Positions 40,601-55,600 of a stretch of 64,000 nucleotides of DNA are shown piece after piece (the first letter of the stretch is position 1; each line of letters opens with the position of its first letter). The notes under the pieces are model-generated. The model saw only the letters and a program-made list of their open reading frames with translations. It was not told the origin of the DNA and did not search any database. The stretch lies in contig JAQGDQ010000062.1 of assembly GCA_030141605.1 (NCBI GenBank), positions 372,001 through 436,000 of the forward strand. The letters are read 5' to 3'. This DNA comes from Tubiluchus corallicola (lineage: Eukaryota; Animalia; Priapulida). Made by a program: the position numbers and the translations under genes.

Positions 40601-43600
40601 TAAAAACATGATATGAATAAAACATAAAAAGCCATAAATAAAGCTGCTTAAATCTATTGATGATTAGTAAATACGCTCACTGCTTGAAAATTGCAAGATT
40701 TCTGTTCAACAGATTATATCATACAAACCTTACATCGTTGGTAAGATCACTAATAGCTTTAATAGCCGAATCACGGAAAAGTACCTAGAAAAACAATGCA
40801 CCAGTAAACAAGTGTAAAGATTAAACCTAGAACAAAGGAAAAAATCAAGATTTATCTTTTGTTAGAAATGTATATCGATCAAAATTTAATTGAACTAACA
40901 AATCTTTTAAAATGGAACCTACGTGAAATAAAAATTTTGTAAAATAGGACAAAACTTTACACAACTGTATTACAATTAATTATAATATACAATTACAAGA
41001 TGGGGGTTTTAATGATGTCTTGGAATCCACATTCATAATACATTTACTATAAGATAATAAGCCCTTTCACAGTTTCGTTGTGCACAAGTGCAGCTGCTGT
41101 AGGTCAAAGGTTAAGTGTACCATAGCAATGCATCTTAACTACAACTGTCACACGACATGTTGGTAAAGCAAAGCTGTCTGCCACATCAGTTCAGTAACAA
41201 GTTGCAAACAAGGTTGGAATGCAAATTCCAAATTACTCAATAATCAAATCATATCCAAATACCTAAACTTTACATTTAATGTAGGATGGAGCAATTTTAT
41301 GAAATATGCTTCTTCTAAGAGCAAACTAGACTTATTATTCGAAACATTTAAAACAGAAATATCCTCCTTTACAGCAGCAACATTACAGCTGCGACGATGT
41401 TCGACGAACAGTATACTGTTAGGATTTGTATGCTCATTAATTCTAAACTGAAGTTGTCTTGAGGCCTGCCCTAGCATGTACCTGTTATATTTATCAACAT
41501 TCATTCATTTTATACACTACTGTGGGTGCCAGAAGAACCCTTGATTCCAAATTTATTAAGGCACAAATGAATATGCAGGTCATGCATGTCACACATTTTA
41601 AGTAGGGCAGACCACAAGGCAACTTCAGATTAGAATTAATAAGCATATGAAACCTCATAGTCCGGAAGCTATAGAGGGTTTGACTTCACCCCCACTTCAC
41701 TACTCTCAGCCACTAATCTTTTTCTAGCTCCTTGGGTGCCAATTAGTAATTGAATCTACTCCAAAATGATGGAAAATATGGTGGCCGCCAACAATTTTAT
41801 AAATATTGTCACAGCCAAAGTCCCCAAAAATCATGTTTACAATGTCACAAAAAACCACAAAAAACAAGATAACTGCCAGCCTTTTAGTAAAAATACTTAT
41901 TCTGCCTACTTGAAGCTGTGCATACCAGTGCATCACCACCTCTTATAGGTGCAAAAATCATATTTTGTCACAAAAGTCACAAAAACCAAGATGGCCACCA
42001 CCAACACTTTTATAAACATGCTATTCTGCCTAAACAAAGGTGCGCAGAGCATAAGAATGTTATTAACAGCTCATATAAGTGTAGACAAAGTCTCCAAAAA
42101 TAATGTTTTCAAGATCACAAAAGGTCATAAAAACCAAGATGGCGGCCATCATTCCTATTTACGTGTTTATGGTGTCTAAACGAGGCCATGAACATAGGGT
42201 TACCATACGTCCGGGTTTCCCCGGACACGTCCTCTTTTTGGGCCTCTGTCCGGGCATCCAGGCGGGTTTTCAAAAAATCGGCAGTTTGTCTGGGTTTTGC
42301 CTCAATCCATAGTATGTGCAGACGTTACCAACTGCAGAGGCGTACGACAGTACGAGACAAAGAAAAGCTCGTTAATTTTCAATACAAGATGTTGCTAACA
42401 TCTCAAAATGCAACCCTTGTAAATGCTTTGTGTACATATTTACTGACAAAAGTAAGCGATGCGCACATCACTATGGGTCACACGACTCACACTGCTGTCG
42501 ATACGCGGCGTATTCGCTAACAACTTAAAATGACGTCAGCTTCCGGGAGCCATTTTGTTTGTTTTTATGTGAATTTCTTTAAATTTGGCTCAGTCAAGTT
42601 CAAACGTAACTGTTTCTGAGAGCCAAGAAGAAGCAGGCGACTGACAGTTGCAGTGTGTTAATGTTTTTTGCAGTACAGCCATTTGGTATTGCTATTAGAA
42701 TACATGTAGGCCTATTTGTATAATTTGCATTTTATTTTGCATTGTTTTAATAGACCCTAGACTGGTCATTTTTGCCTACTTACAAGTGTGCGAAAAAGTG
42801 TCCTCTTTTTCAACTCAAACAATATGGTAACCCTACATGAACACCTTAACAATGTATTACCAGTTTATAGAAAAGTTCTGTTGTTGACCTGGAAAAACAT
42901 AATTCCGAGGCCACAAGATGTTATGAAAGTAAGATGGCCACCACTGTTTTCAGTATGATGCTTTTTCTGCCTGCCGAACAATAGCAGTGCACTGTGTTAT
43001 GAAACTGTTATGAGCACAGTTGCAAAATAAAGTTGCTCTTTTAAAGCTGGACATCTCTGTTTCACATGCTGCAGATAGTAAGTTAAATTTGTCATAAAGG
43101 AAGCACATTTTATAAAATTGCTCCAACCTACACTAAATGCGAAAGCGGAGGAACACAGATTACAATTTAATTATTGATTTATTTGGAATTTGCATTCCAA
43201 CTTTACTGGGAATGTGTGGTTGTTTTGAATAACCACAAAAAATTTAAAACAGTTTAGAATGCAAGGTAGTTGTTCAGTTATCTTATAGTAAATGTCTTAT
43301 AAAATTGAAGTCCGGTATTCCAAAATGTCAATAAAACATCTGGTGATTGAATATTATAATAAATATTAATTTTGTCTGCTCTTCTTAAACGTCATGGAAA
43401 ATGAACAGATATTCTTTTACTAAAACGTGATACAATGGCCAGAACAGCCTTTTTCAATATTCCAGAGAAATAGTGATCAAGAAATAGCAGCAACTGATGA
43501 CACAAACAGATTTTTGATTTAACCGTTCAACACTAGAAAACAAATTAACTGACTTTCTGAAAAAATAATTTACGGACGATGCACTTATCAGCTTAGTAAA

Positions 43601-46600
43601 TGCAACAAGAAACATGTGCGTACCGTGCCATGACCATTTGCTTCAAAATAAATACCAACGTCATAATCCAAAGCTTTATGGTGCAGGTATTTTACCCCAG
43701 TGGGAACACAGGACACAGGAATATTCTGAAATAGACAAACAGGTTTTAGGTCTTTACAACTATAATACCTACAAGCAGCCTTAGCTCTAGAACTGCAGTC
43801 TTGTCTCACTGGAATAGTTTCTCTGCAATCCTGGTTAAGAACAAGGTGCTCACACGCAAAGCCTTACTTTCTCGAAGACTATCGAGTCACAGTGGTGCAA
43901 TTAATACCACACAAGGGGAGTTATTAGAACATCAACGCTAGACCAACATTCATGCACAACGACTATAAATCATCATTACGCGTAGACCTGCAGCTGCTAC
44001 ATGCTAAAGAAGTAGCAGCTGTACCCATACTGTGATATTTGCTTTCCATAATGCTGCACTTCATAAAATGCACTTATGTGAAGTGCACATTAATTTGCAG
44101 ATACGGAGTGATGTTCTTGTTTCTATGCTTGCACAATACACACTGGTAAAAGGAGTAAGTGGGCTTATAAGTAAATGCTTTGCACACCTAAGAAAGGAAG
44201 TGACTCCTACCAAGAACTGACTTAAATTTCATAACAAATAATGAACTGTCTCAACAGACTTATTTAAACAATAATTTCTATTTTACTGTTTTCTAAAAAC
44301 TGTATTTCGTTAAAATATGTGGTCTGAAAAATTTTATCTTTGATTAAAATATATGGTGTTTTTATAAAACAATCACTGAACTGAGTGAAGGTTGAAAATG
44401 AAGCTTACGCCACTTCTTCATTACAGCAGACTAGCAACTGACTTACAGAACAGTGAAATAAGCTCCTTAGAATAAAGCGATTGAAGCAGCACGTTCTCCT
44501 GAAGGGGAATTTTCGCGAAAAACAACAGAGATCTTCAGTGATTTTCACGCCTCAAGTGGTGAGCAGCCACCTGATGATGATATCGCTACACATTATAGGA
44601 TAATATAAGCGTTAGTAACACAACTCACCAAAGAAAAATGTCTGTGCCCTTATAAGAACAAGATTGTGTGATCATTAAAATCAGCTTACTTCAATAACAT
44701 TTTTGATTATTTAGCACTTTTAACTTTTATTGTTAACTTTAAACCTACTCTTTATTAGTTTCCTCCCCTCCATTCACTACAGTGAGCTTATGACAAATAG
44801 CAATGAAATGATTACCGAATAATGCCCCAACAATTAAGTGCTAACATCTTGAACCACACTATCAGCTTTTACAAAAGTGAATCAGTCTACACGTAACAAG
44901 ACTCCGTCACTACCTTCACAGTCTCACTTACGGATAGGGTGCGCACCCTTAACGAGTCTATATTGTTTTTATTATAAACAAAATACATAAAAAAATGCAA
45001 GTTCAATGGCTAAGCAGAGAAATACATTTACTGTTACTAAAGCTACAGTAGAACAAGCAAACAGAATAATTATTAAAACCAAAATCAATGCAATTAAGAT
45101 ATTACTCTGTTTTAATGTCTACACACAAAGGGTATTGTACAGTTGATCTCCATCATGTCCTCTAGCTATACCGGCTTTATCACATAGAAACATTAGGTTT
45201 AGTTGTACTGTGACATTGACTAATGTACACATACTTATCTCTTGTCACTTTATATTAATTACTTAAACTATTGGCTAAACTTACAAATAACGTACCTTAG
45301 CGCCCCAAGCATTGTGGTCTTTCATTTTGAAGACTCTTAGTCTCTTATTATACAACAATCAACAAGATTTAATCACTGCTGCATTTGAAAATACAATGGC
45401 AAAATTTATTTCAACGTTTCTTGTTAAAAATGCCTTATGCATTTGTTGTATAGAAGCTTTGTTGTGCTATTAATTTGTTGCGAGATAAATATATGCTCAT
45501 AAATCTGCTGTATTTCTTTTATTACTGCCATTATACAAGGTGCCTCGTGGAAATGCCCCAAAACACACTGATTTTGAAGGCTTCTCTTTACAAATATTGC
45601 ACTCGGAAGAGCCTTTAAGCACCTTGGATAACTTAACAGCCTTTTAAGATTAATTCTGAAGAAGCAGCAGTCTAGCCACAGCTGCTTTGCATTCAGAATT
45701 TTCTTGTATATTGTACAAGCACCCGCAAATTGCAAAGCAGTTCTGTCTGTTCAGAGTCTCATATTAGAGGACGTTTTTGATAACGAGCTAGATTACAGTC
45801 CTGCCACAATCACCCTACCAAGAGCCAAAATGTTTTAACAAAGGCAACAAAAGGCTACAAACTTGTGCAAATGCAAATTCAGCGGTCTCTATAGCCAACA
45901 CAGATTCCACTTTCTCATGTTAAAAAAATTGGCTGCAATGCTACATTTCTTTTACAAATGTATGCCCTCAAGCACAAAAACATTAGTGACAAGAAGAATT
46001 ACTAGGTCCCTGGGAATGTCGTTTTAGCACAATGCTTAACTATTACCTCGAAATAGACTCAGCAGGTCATAAAGCTTTGAAAATAAGGGAACATAAAGAT
46101 TTACACACATACATAGTAAACTATAAAAAAGCTAAAAATTCTGTTAGATGAAATACGCAACATGCAAGAGTAAGAAAACTTAGGTTAAAAAATATCTTCC
46201 ATGTGTTAAGAGCTGTGACACTTGATAAAACCCCACTTCTATTGCATACACTCGTTTAGAACTTCTCATCAAAATGGAGTTACCAAGTTTTACAGAAAAC
46301 CAGCAGATGGTTTAAAATTGACAACGGCATTCGTTACATTTGTATAAAATCACATCATTGTTGTACGCGTTAAATTGCAGTTGAACACAAATGTCATTGA
46401 AGTTTTGCAGCAATTTAAGTTTCTATCGGTCTAACTCCAATGAATGCATGAAACAAATCCTTAACTCAACTCTGTGTTTTATACTGTATGTCAGAGAATG
46501 CTGCAGCTGACAACAATGACACAACAACAAACACAAGAACAGCAACAACAATAAACTAATTAAAATTGATATCAACGACGATAATGATGATGACAACGAT

Positions 46601-49600
46601 GACAATAACAAGAACGATAATGATACAATTAAAACTCTTAATTGTGCTTAACATACATTAATATTAAAAATTTAGATCTCACGTAAACCGAAAAATATTC
46701 GCACAAAAAATTGGAAGTGCAAGTAAAAAACAAATTAAAACATGAGAATGAAGTCAAAAAAAATACAGCTAAAAAGGTCATTTTAGATCTTTTTCAAAAG
46801 TTTTTTAGATAAACAGCACACTCGTAAGACATGCATCCCCCCTCTCAAAAGCTTCATCCACTGCCAGTTGTGTTCGCCATATTACAGATAAAGTTTTCTT
46901 CCCTCCAGGTAATGCCAGTCTCTTTACTGCCATTAATCTTCTATTGCCAACTAACCTTTGCATCATGGTATCAACACACATTTATTCAGCAAGTGTCACT
47001 GTCTGTTAGCACCACCACCTATTTCAACCTTGACCAAAAAATGTCAAAAAGAGATAAATTCCCCTGGGACAGTAACTTAGCTCTTTACCTTTCCTACCTA
47101 TTAGTCTGCCACAGTAAAAAAATACTGACATAATACTACGAGATGTAGGAGATTAACAAGTGACAAGTGGCATAATTTTTTGTGTTTGTTGCTTTTACAA
47201 TGCAACAATTAAAACTGTAAAAACTATAAAACTTCATGCTACAAATTTTTTAGATAAAATGGCACTTCACTTTACAAATCAAGTTTTTTACCAACTGCCA
47301 GAGGTTCGCCCATTTTTTTCCTGAATAGTGAAGTAGAGGGAATATTGGCTGAAATTTACTACAGAGATTGTCTAGCATGACAGCATACTGCCCTCTGGTG
47401 ATTAATATACTAAATATTGCATACAGACTCTCAAAACAACTTCCGCCAAATCAAATACAGCATGCCTGCAGCTTCCTGCTTTGTGCAAACGTTGTACAGA
47501 TAATTTGAGGATCAAGTGTTTGTGAGAAGACATTACTGTTCATTTACAATGAAAGAAGACGAACTTGCATTTCTCACAAACACAGAAACTAAACTATTGA
47601 GTAACTGAATAAAAGTAATACTAAGTTTTAATTAAAATGACAAATTTCATCTAAACTATGAAGGAATGTCAAAAGGTCAAATTTATTATTGGAATGTTAA
47701 CATGATTTTAATACAATGTGAATAACACAAATCGCAAACCGTTGCAGCCACACAGTCGAGACATGACAAGAACTATGGTGTCTCACTAGGCACAAGTATA
47801 GTTTTTTACAACTGCAACTCCAGCCCACAGTTGTCAATGCCAAGCCACATTTGGCAGTTGTCTAGTAAGGTCCACAAACTTGGCAAATGGAATACTTACC
47901 AGAACAGTGAGGATATAATGTGTAGAGCTGCCATTTGCATATGCAGTTTGGACAAGTCCAAGGTTGAGTTGTAAACCTGCTAACGTCACTAATTCAGACA
48001 AGTAACTGGCCACCTTAAAAAGAAAAAGTTTTGTGCAACTAAATCTAGCATCCTCTACAAAAAACTAGCATTACTGTCTAGAGACATACATTAGAATTGT
48101 TCATCAATGCTTAACATGTCAATTCCCGATTCCAACTGGTAAGTTTGCAACATAAACCTACACCACAGGAAAAGGTTTGATTGAACTGAGCCAAAACTTG
48201 TTTGAAACCAGACTATAAGACATGTAACCTTTAACGTGCACGGCTTGCTTGTTTCCACTTATGAATCAATAATTTCATAACAAGTTTATTTTATTTCAGT
48301 ATTAATGGCTGTCCAGGATCCTAAGAACTGATAACGTTTTGGCTGCTGCAATAAATATTTTATACACTCAATTAGCTTGACGACATTTAAAAAAAATCAT
48401 TCCAGAGACAAATATTCTTCCTAGATTTTTGTGCCAAGTCTGCCAATCCAAAATTTATCACCTCACAGTGAGAGCTTAAAACAAGAGTAAACTGCAGCAA
48501 AACATTCACAGTTTCAGAGTTAACTAGATGATAAACTAAAATCTTACCAGTGTTGCTATTTTGTCTCCATCTAGCAAATGGAACTTTTGATCTAAAAGCA
48601 AAAACAAAACCTTTAACAATGTGAAAATATAATCAATTTTTTTCTGTCTAGTTATGATATTCTCCAGTCAACAAAAAGGCGAAAATTGCACATTAGATGC
48701 GACAGTCTGTTAACAATCTGCCATACTGAATTAGTGTTAAGTCGCAAGAACTTATCATTTTTGAAAACAAAATTATTGCCTTCTGTAATTATCAGCTGGG
48801 AAGACAATAGCATATAAATTGTACTCTCGAGCTCACATACAAAGCAGTCGCATCTGTACTAGTGTTAATAATTTAAATTTACTCAATATTTATAGTGTTA
48901 AAGCTTGCTAAAATGGACTGTATCACTTTACAATTTATAATACATAAAACAGCTTACAGCTTATAACACAATAAGCCCGTGTTATAGTAACAGTTTTGCA
49001 GCTAGCTAGAACCTTACCTAATTCATTTTTTGTTACCAAGCAAGATCCTGCTAGTAAGATCACTCTATGCACAGACTAATGCATAATTAAGTAAAGTCCA
49101 TGTAAAACAACTGAAGTTACTAAGCTGACGTGGCAGACGGCTCTGCTTTACCCACATGTCATGTGACGGTTGTAGTTAAGGCGCGTTTGGTTGGTTTCAC
49201 TTAACCACTGACCTATAGCAACTGTGCGTGCGCACAACGAACTATGGAAACGCTTATTGGGTTCTAATGATGGATGACAATTGCTTTGAAGTTGATCTTA
49301 AAGCATGCACTAGTTGGTGAGGTTTTACAAAATCTGACGGGTAGCTTGGTGTTAAGCCATTACGAGCTTTAAATGGGAGGAATACAATTTTAAAGTCAAC
49401 TCTTTATTTAACAGGAAGCCAGTGGAATTACGAGTGTGGTTATTGCATATTTATATTGCATAGCAGTGATCCGAGCTGCTGAATTCTGGAGGGTTTGGAG
49501 GAAATGTAAGCACGAACAAGAATTTTGTTGGCTTCAGTCGATAAATATAGTGTCTGATAGTATGATAAGTACACTCATATTTCAATTTGCCAGACCTCGC

Positions 49601-52600
49601 TATTGCAGATATCGGAAGAATCGGACAAAATCTAGACTATTAAAAAGTCCTGCATACTATGGACAGTCTCGCGAGCTGACTGCCAGATGGTAGGCCACTT
49701 TGTTCACATCATTACTTCAGTGTAACCAAGCAGCGTGTACCAACACATGTAGCTTGTACGTCAGCGTGTTTAACTGGCTTAATCAGCGTGTTTAAGAGTT
49801 CATTATGCAGAGTTATTTGAGTCAATTGCCAACAGATTTGCGTAGTACCGGCCCATACTAGACGTTTTTGAGACAATTAGGCGATTAATTCTACATTACA
49901 TTCTACATAATTCTATACACTGCACCTACTGTATTAGCTTAGTATCAGTAAACGCGGACAATCGGCAAATCCAGACCGACGTCTCTCCGCTTTTTTCCGG
50001 CAAGCCGAGATGTGAGTGCAGATAGGAAAACAGATCTGCATAATTCATTTATATGACTAGACATGGTAGTACATTGTTAGAAAGTGCAATCTAGGTTGTA
50101 CAAATGAGGCAGTAATGAACTGCATATTGACATTAGCTCTGTGCCAATAATTAATGCCAACATTTTTTCTTCAACAAGTTTTTGTTTTGTTCTCAATTAG
50201 TTTTGAGAAAATTTCCAGACATCAAATTTCTAATTTCCAATATACATTTTTCACATAGACAGCATTCCTATCTCAGTTTATTACCTTAGCCCAAGCAGCA
50301 GGCTAGGTCAGTCTGACTCGAGATAAATGCTATACAATCTCTATGACACCAAGGGTCTGTTGCTACAGTAAGTTTGTTTTACTACAGTTCTTGCAAAAAT
50401 GCTTTCAGGAACTCTCTTCGTGACAGATGTAGTATTACTAATATAGAAGTATGAATCATCAGCTTAGTATGCACTACAAAGGTTTTTAATGAAATGCCTA
50501 AATTCCCATGCAGTTATTTAAAAATGTAAATTTAAAAAGTGAGTTAAAAAAAGAAAATAAAAAGTTTACTTTTCTAAACCACACAAGTCTGCTTTTTTAT
50601 AAAAATTACAAACAATACGTCCAAGGCCGGCTGCTTCATTATTTCGCAAAGAAGTTGAGTCACAAAGTTCTCATACTGAAAAAAATGTTGAAAATCTGTT
50701 GGTATGATGCACAAATTTTCACAAAATACTTAGTACTTGGCATGCTTGAACTGTTGGTGGTACCCGTGTTTCCCCACAAGTAGCATAGTCTGTAGTTTCA
50801 TCTGAGCCCATGTTTGCTGCTATGATGCTTTCATCGTAGATTAATTGAGAGGTGACCTGTAGCTGAATACATTTCAATCTAGGTTTCAAACTCGTTGTTG
50901 GTCATGTCAGGTGGTGCAGTTAGGCATCTCTCTTGCAATGTAAGAATTTCACCGTTGTCAGTTTTATTCACATCAGTGAATGTAGCGTAAGTGATGCAGT
51001 TCTGAATCGTGTTCAGTGACATTACTCAAGGACAACGCCAATAAGTGCAGTGCACTGAGGAGGCTGGTTCTTAGCCTTGTTATTTGCACTTAACTGAGAA
51101 GCTGTGTTTAATTAACGAACTGGTAAAACAACTTTAATGTGTTTTAACAATGCGTAGACTACGTGGGTAGTGCATTTGTCTACCAGTAAAATGATGTTTC
51201 ACTTTAAGCTCGCATCTCATTTCACTAACCATTCATTAAACAACACAGGTGTCATACAAACATTCGAGTTTGCATGGCAACTTTTCAACACTTTATTGTA
51301 CTGTACCTGTATCCCTGGCACAACAGCAACGTCTAACTGATTAAATGTTCTGTGAAAAACAACAAGAGCTTTAAGAGCAAACCGCTAGGCAAGTGATTAA
51401 ATGTTTAGCTTCCAGAAATTCTTGGGTAACGACGTTAGTTGCAGTGGATGGGCGGATCAAAGCAAACCACTAAGGTAGCGTATCAGCATATGATGAATGT
51501 TCCTGCTTGCAAACAAACGGTACTTAACAAGATTGTTTCTACGCATATTAGAGCACAAAAGCGAACTAAGGTGATATAGAAGTCATAAAGCTTATTGGTC
51601 ACACAAAAGTGTCTTACTGAAGCACGTGAAATAAAAATATTAAGTCAACTGTGCAAAGTTAATTGAGTCTATTATCTGCCATTTTTGTATACATTTGAGT
51701 AGAAGCGGTCCGTACAAGGTGTTTTTGAGTCAATTAGGTGACTGATTCTATTAACAGCGACTCTAATTAACGGTGCCTAATGTATTAACAGTTTACTCAA
51801 AATACTAGACATTCCCAGATGTACGTAAATCCATTCTTTTCCATCGGCCTTAGACTTACTGAAAATCTTATCAAAATGTTGCTTTCCCTTAGACTACAGC
51901 AAATACCTCCTACCATCAAATCAGACTAAACCTTGGGTAGTCGCACAAGCAGTTTTTAGGCTTTCTCTGTATTGTTAAAACTCAGAGCATTAAGCAGTGA
52001 AAACTTTTACTAAAATCCACAGATTCCGCTTTGCATTTGGCTAATGCTACAAACTGATAGCAATATACCCGGTGATGAGCTCAGTCTTAGTCATAGTGAA
52101 GAGTGAACTCAGTCACTTGGTTCAGCTAAATAGATTAACTATCAACTTCGATGAGTTTTTACATATTTGCTATATTTATAAAACAGTTTCTTATCAATTT
52201 TCTTTAAGTTCATTTATAGCAGAGGTTTCTATCCTTTTACTAGCCAAGTACCCCTTCGAAATTCAGCGACCTGCTGCGTACCCTTAACAACATTTTTTAG
52301 CAATATGACTTTCAAGAAAACATTTTTTCTACTATTGTGCAGTTTTATTAGCATTTAATTTTAATTTTGAAAACAAAGAAAATAAGCAGAAAGTGTATTT
52401 ATTTGCAGTATTCTCTCTACTTATACTCTTTCCTAAAAGCCCTTATTTTTAATTTACACATTTCCAAATTCAAGAACAAAATGCAAGAAAAAGACAATCG
52501 GATGTCAAATCAGAAGAACTTGCAGTTGAAATGTGAAATAGCCTTTATGTGGGCTTTTCCAAAAACCACCAACCTCACCTACAGCCATCCACCAACACAT

Positions 52601-55600
52601 TTCCTGTGCCAAACGTCTATTTGACATGATAAATTAACCCTGTTATAACACTAGGCAGTGCGCAGTGAATTACCCGAAAAACCATGCACAAAAACGATGA
52701 CCTTTTAAAATACAAACAATTATGATGTTTAAGGATTTAAGCCTTGTATCACACTCTTTCCTCACACTACGAGGTCGTTACTCCTGTAAAATTTGTACTC
52801 CGTACGTGTACACTGTACGGCATAAAAGAACAATCTTTTGTACCCCAGGTTAGGAACCACTGATTTATAACAAACATACAAATAATTTTTCAGGTAATAT
52901 CATTTTGAACTGTTATATTTCCCTTTCTTTTGAAGATCTGCAAATAATAGCAATCTGTGTTTAAAACATTACAAACTACAGCACTCAATAAGAGGAGTAG
53001 ACACAGTCCTTCAAATGAAGTCAATATGATCAAATATCCATTTTGACATTTTATGACCTTGTGGCATGAACCTTTGACTTTTTGGACTAAAATCAGTGAA
53101 ATTCCAGGCCTTGTCCAGACCTATCCATGAAAAAAGTTCTGTGGTTATAGCTTTCCCTGTTTTGATCTTAAAATATTTTTGGCCTCACAACCTCGCCTTT
53201 TAACAGTTTGAACCAAAAAAGGGTTTCCAGGTCTTGCCTAGAATTATCCTTGTGCCAAGATTGATGATTAGCTTCATATAGCTTCATTTTGTGCAGGAAA
53301 ACATGCAAACAAACACACAGACATAGACATTTTTTATTAATCTCCTCATTTACACCAGAATACAAATTGACCATAATTAGTATAATCACTAATTAATCAG
53401 GATAAATTATGCATAAAGGAGAGAGTTAGTGGGGTGCAGTAAAAAGGGTAGTGAAAACCAATTGGTCATCAAGTCAGCTACCCAGCTAGGGTTAGTGTAA
53501 ATTGTAAAAACAAATTGATAGACACAGAGATGTGACTAAATATTCTATCTAAACGAGAACTACTGTCAGTAGATGTGCGTAATACAAGGATGCAATTTTC
53601 CCACTTGCCATGTCAATTTTCATACCAATAAAAACTACATTTTTGATACCTTTGTCCACATAGAAGTAAACGACTCTATCAGCATCACCATCGAAGGAAA
53701 CATACCGTACTCCACGTTCGCACTGCAGACCTGCAGAAAACTAATAACTGAATTGACAATACCGATAAGACACTTTCAAAAAGACTAAGTGCACTGTGTA
53801 TGGAACATGTTACCATGAAATACATACGAAGTCCTAACGTTGGATGGTGCAACAATTATTTTTATTTAAATTATCATTAACATTTATTAAAGTAAAAAAG
53901 AAAAAAGGAAATTTAATCTGAAATATGTAACAGTCATAAATTGTGAGTGGGATATTCCCATACACAAGCCAATAAAGACTTAAAGGTATACAGTACCTGA
54001 GGGAGGTTTCTGACTGACTTTCACATAGTCGGCACCAACCTACACAACAAAAAACAAACAGCTACAACTGCACATATAGAAGAGATAGTACATTAATGTA
54101 TACATAATTACCTGCGACTAACTCGGTAACAACGTCTGTCACCTTTCAGTTACAGTCATTCGTAATCAGCATTATTATCAATATTATTTACGCACCCCAT
54201 CATTGAGCTTGCCCGATGAACCATCGTTGCGAATATCCATAATTAGAAAATTTCCGAGATACGATGCCAGCTGGTGAGCTTTTATAGCACCAACTCCATT
54301 GGCCCCATCTAAACATATTTTTGGAATGTATTGTGAATGTTTAGCACTCCTTTTCTGAAACATTTAATTTGCTGTAAAAAATAATGTAATAAATCACATT
54401 AAGATGTCATTTCTAAATAACTATGAAATTCCTAATGTTAAGAATCAATCGATTCCACATAAAATCCCACAATATTACTTCTAAAAAATTTTATTGCAAA
54501 TGATGACATTTCAAAAACACAATCCTAACGTTATCATTAACAAAAAATTATTTTACAAACACAGTAATAAGGTGAATGACAAACACAGCAACTTCAGTAA
54601 TAATGTGAATGAATGAATTGATTTATTTTAAAGAACAGCTCTCAAATTGTCCTATATTGTCTGTGAGTCGGCATGATGTCACAAGTCACGAGCCCTTATC
54701 ATGACATCATAACTGTGATAAATGATGTCATCAATTACAATAATAGCCATTGCATCATGTTTTATTTATTAAATATAAACATTTTACGGATATTAAATAT
54801 AACATACATACATTAAACGTATAGCTATTAAATGTATATATGTTAAATATAGCAGAACAGCTAAAGCAGGGGCCAGAGATCACTAGCATTGGAATATTAA
54901 ATTTGTTGAATACTATTGCTGAAACAGGAAATTATCTGAGTAGTCAAGCAGCGGATATTACTGCCTATTCTAAAACCTAAAATGATGAAAGGACCAGTCG
55001 AAAATTTAAGACCAATTATACTGATGAGTCTGTTAAGGACGTTCTTGGCTATATGCATGATGAGACACATACATGACAGATTAAATGGTAACATTCTACC
55101 AAGTCAAGCTGCATATGGGGAGGACAGAAACACTACAAAACTAGTAATGTCAGCAAAGAGATCTAATTCTTATTAAATCACGATCTTGTTACTCGATATG
55201 AGCAAGGCATTTGATACTGTAACGAGAAGAATTCTCTTCAATGACCTACAAACCATACTCCAACCAGATGAAATGCACATTATTACAATTCTACTAAAGG
55301 ATGTTAAACTCACTGTAAAAAGTTGGGAACACCTCAGGAAGAACTTTTAATATCCCCCATAGGGACTGTCTTAGCCCTTACTTTTCAGGCTTTACCTAGC
55401 AAATGCATTTAAGATCCAAACTCCTCCAAATGACAACCATGATTACGATACCACTGTCTGCGACAACCTTCCGTAATATGTTCTGGACCACTCATATCCT
55501 GCTTCAGAATCAAACGAACCATTTCTTATTATCAACAATATGCGGGCGACATAATCCGGATTAATGTATCAAATTTGTCAAACTGATGCGGTAAAAAAGG

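Noticed and set aside
52835-52862. hAT-Charlie-like end CAGTGGTTCCTAACCTGGGG (minus strand)
   Set aside because: No matching second TIR or TSD found, so an element cannot be delimited.
55021-55045. CTGATGAGTC..GAC hammerhead-like core
   Set aside because: No GAAA after stem II, and it lies within RT coding sequence.
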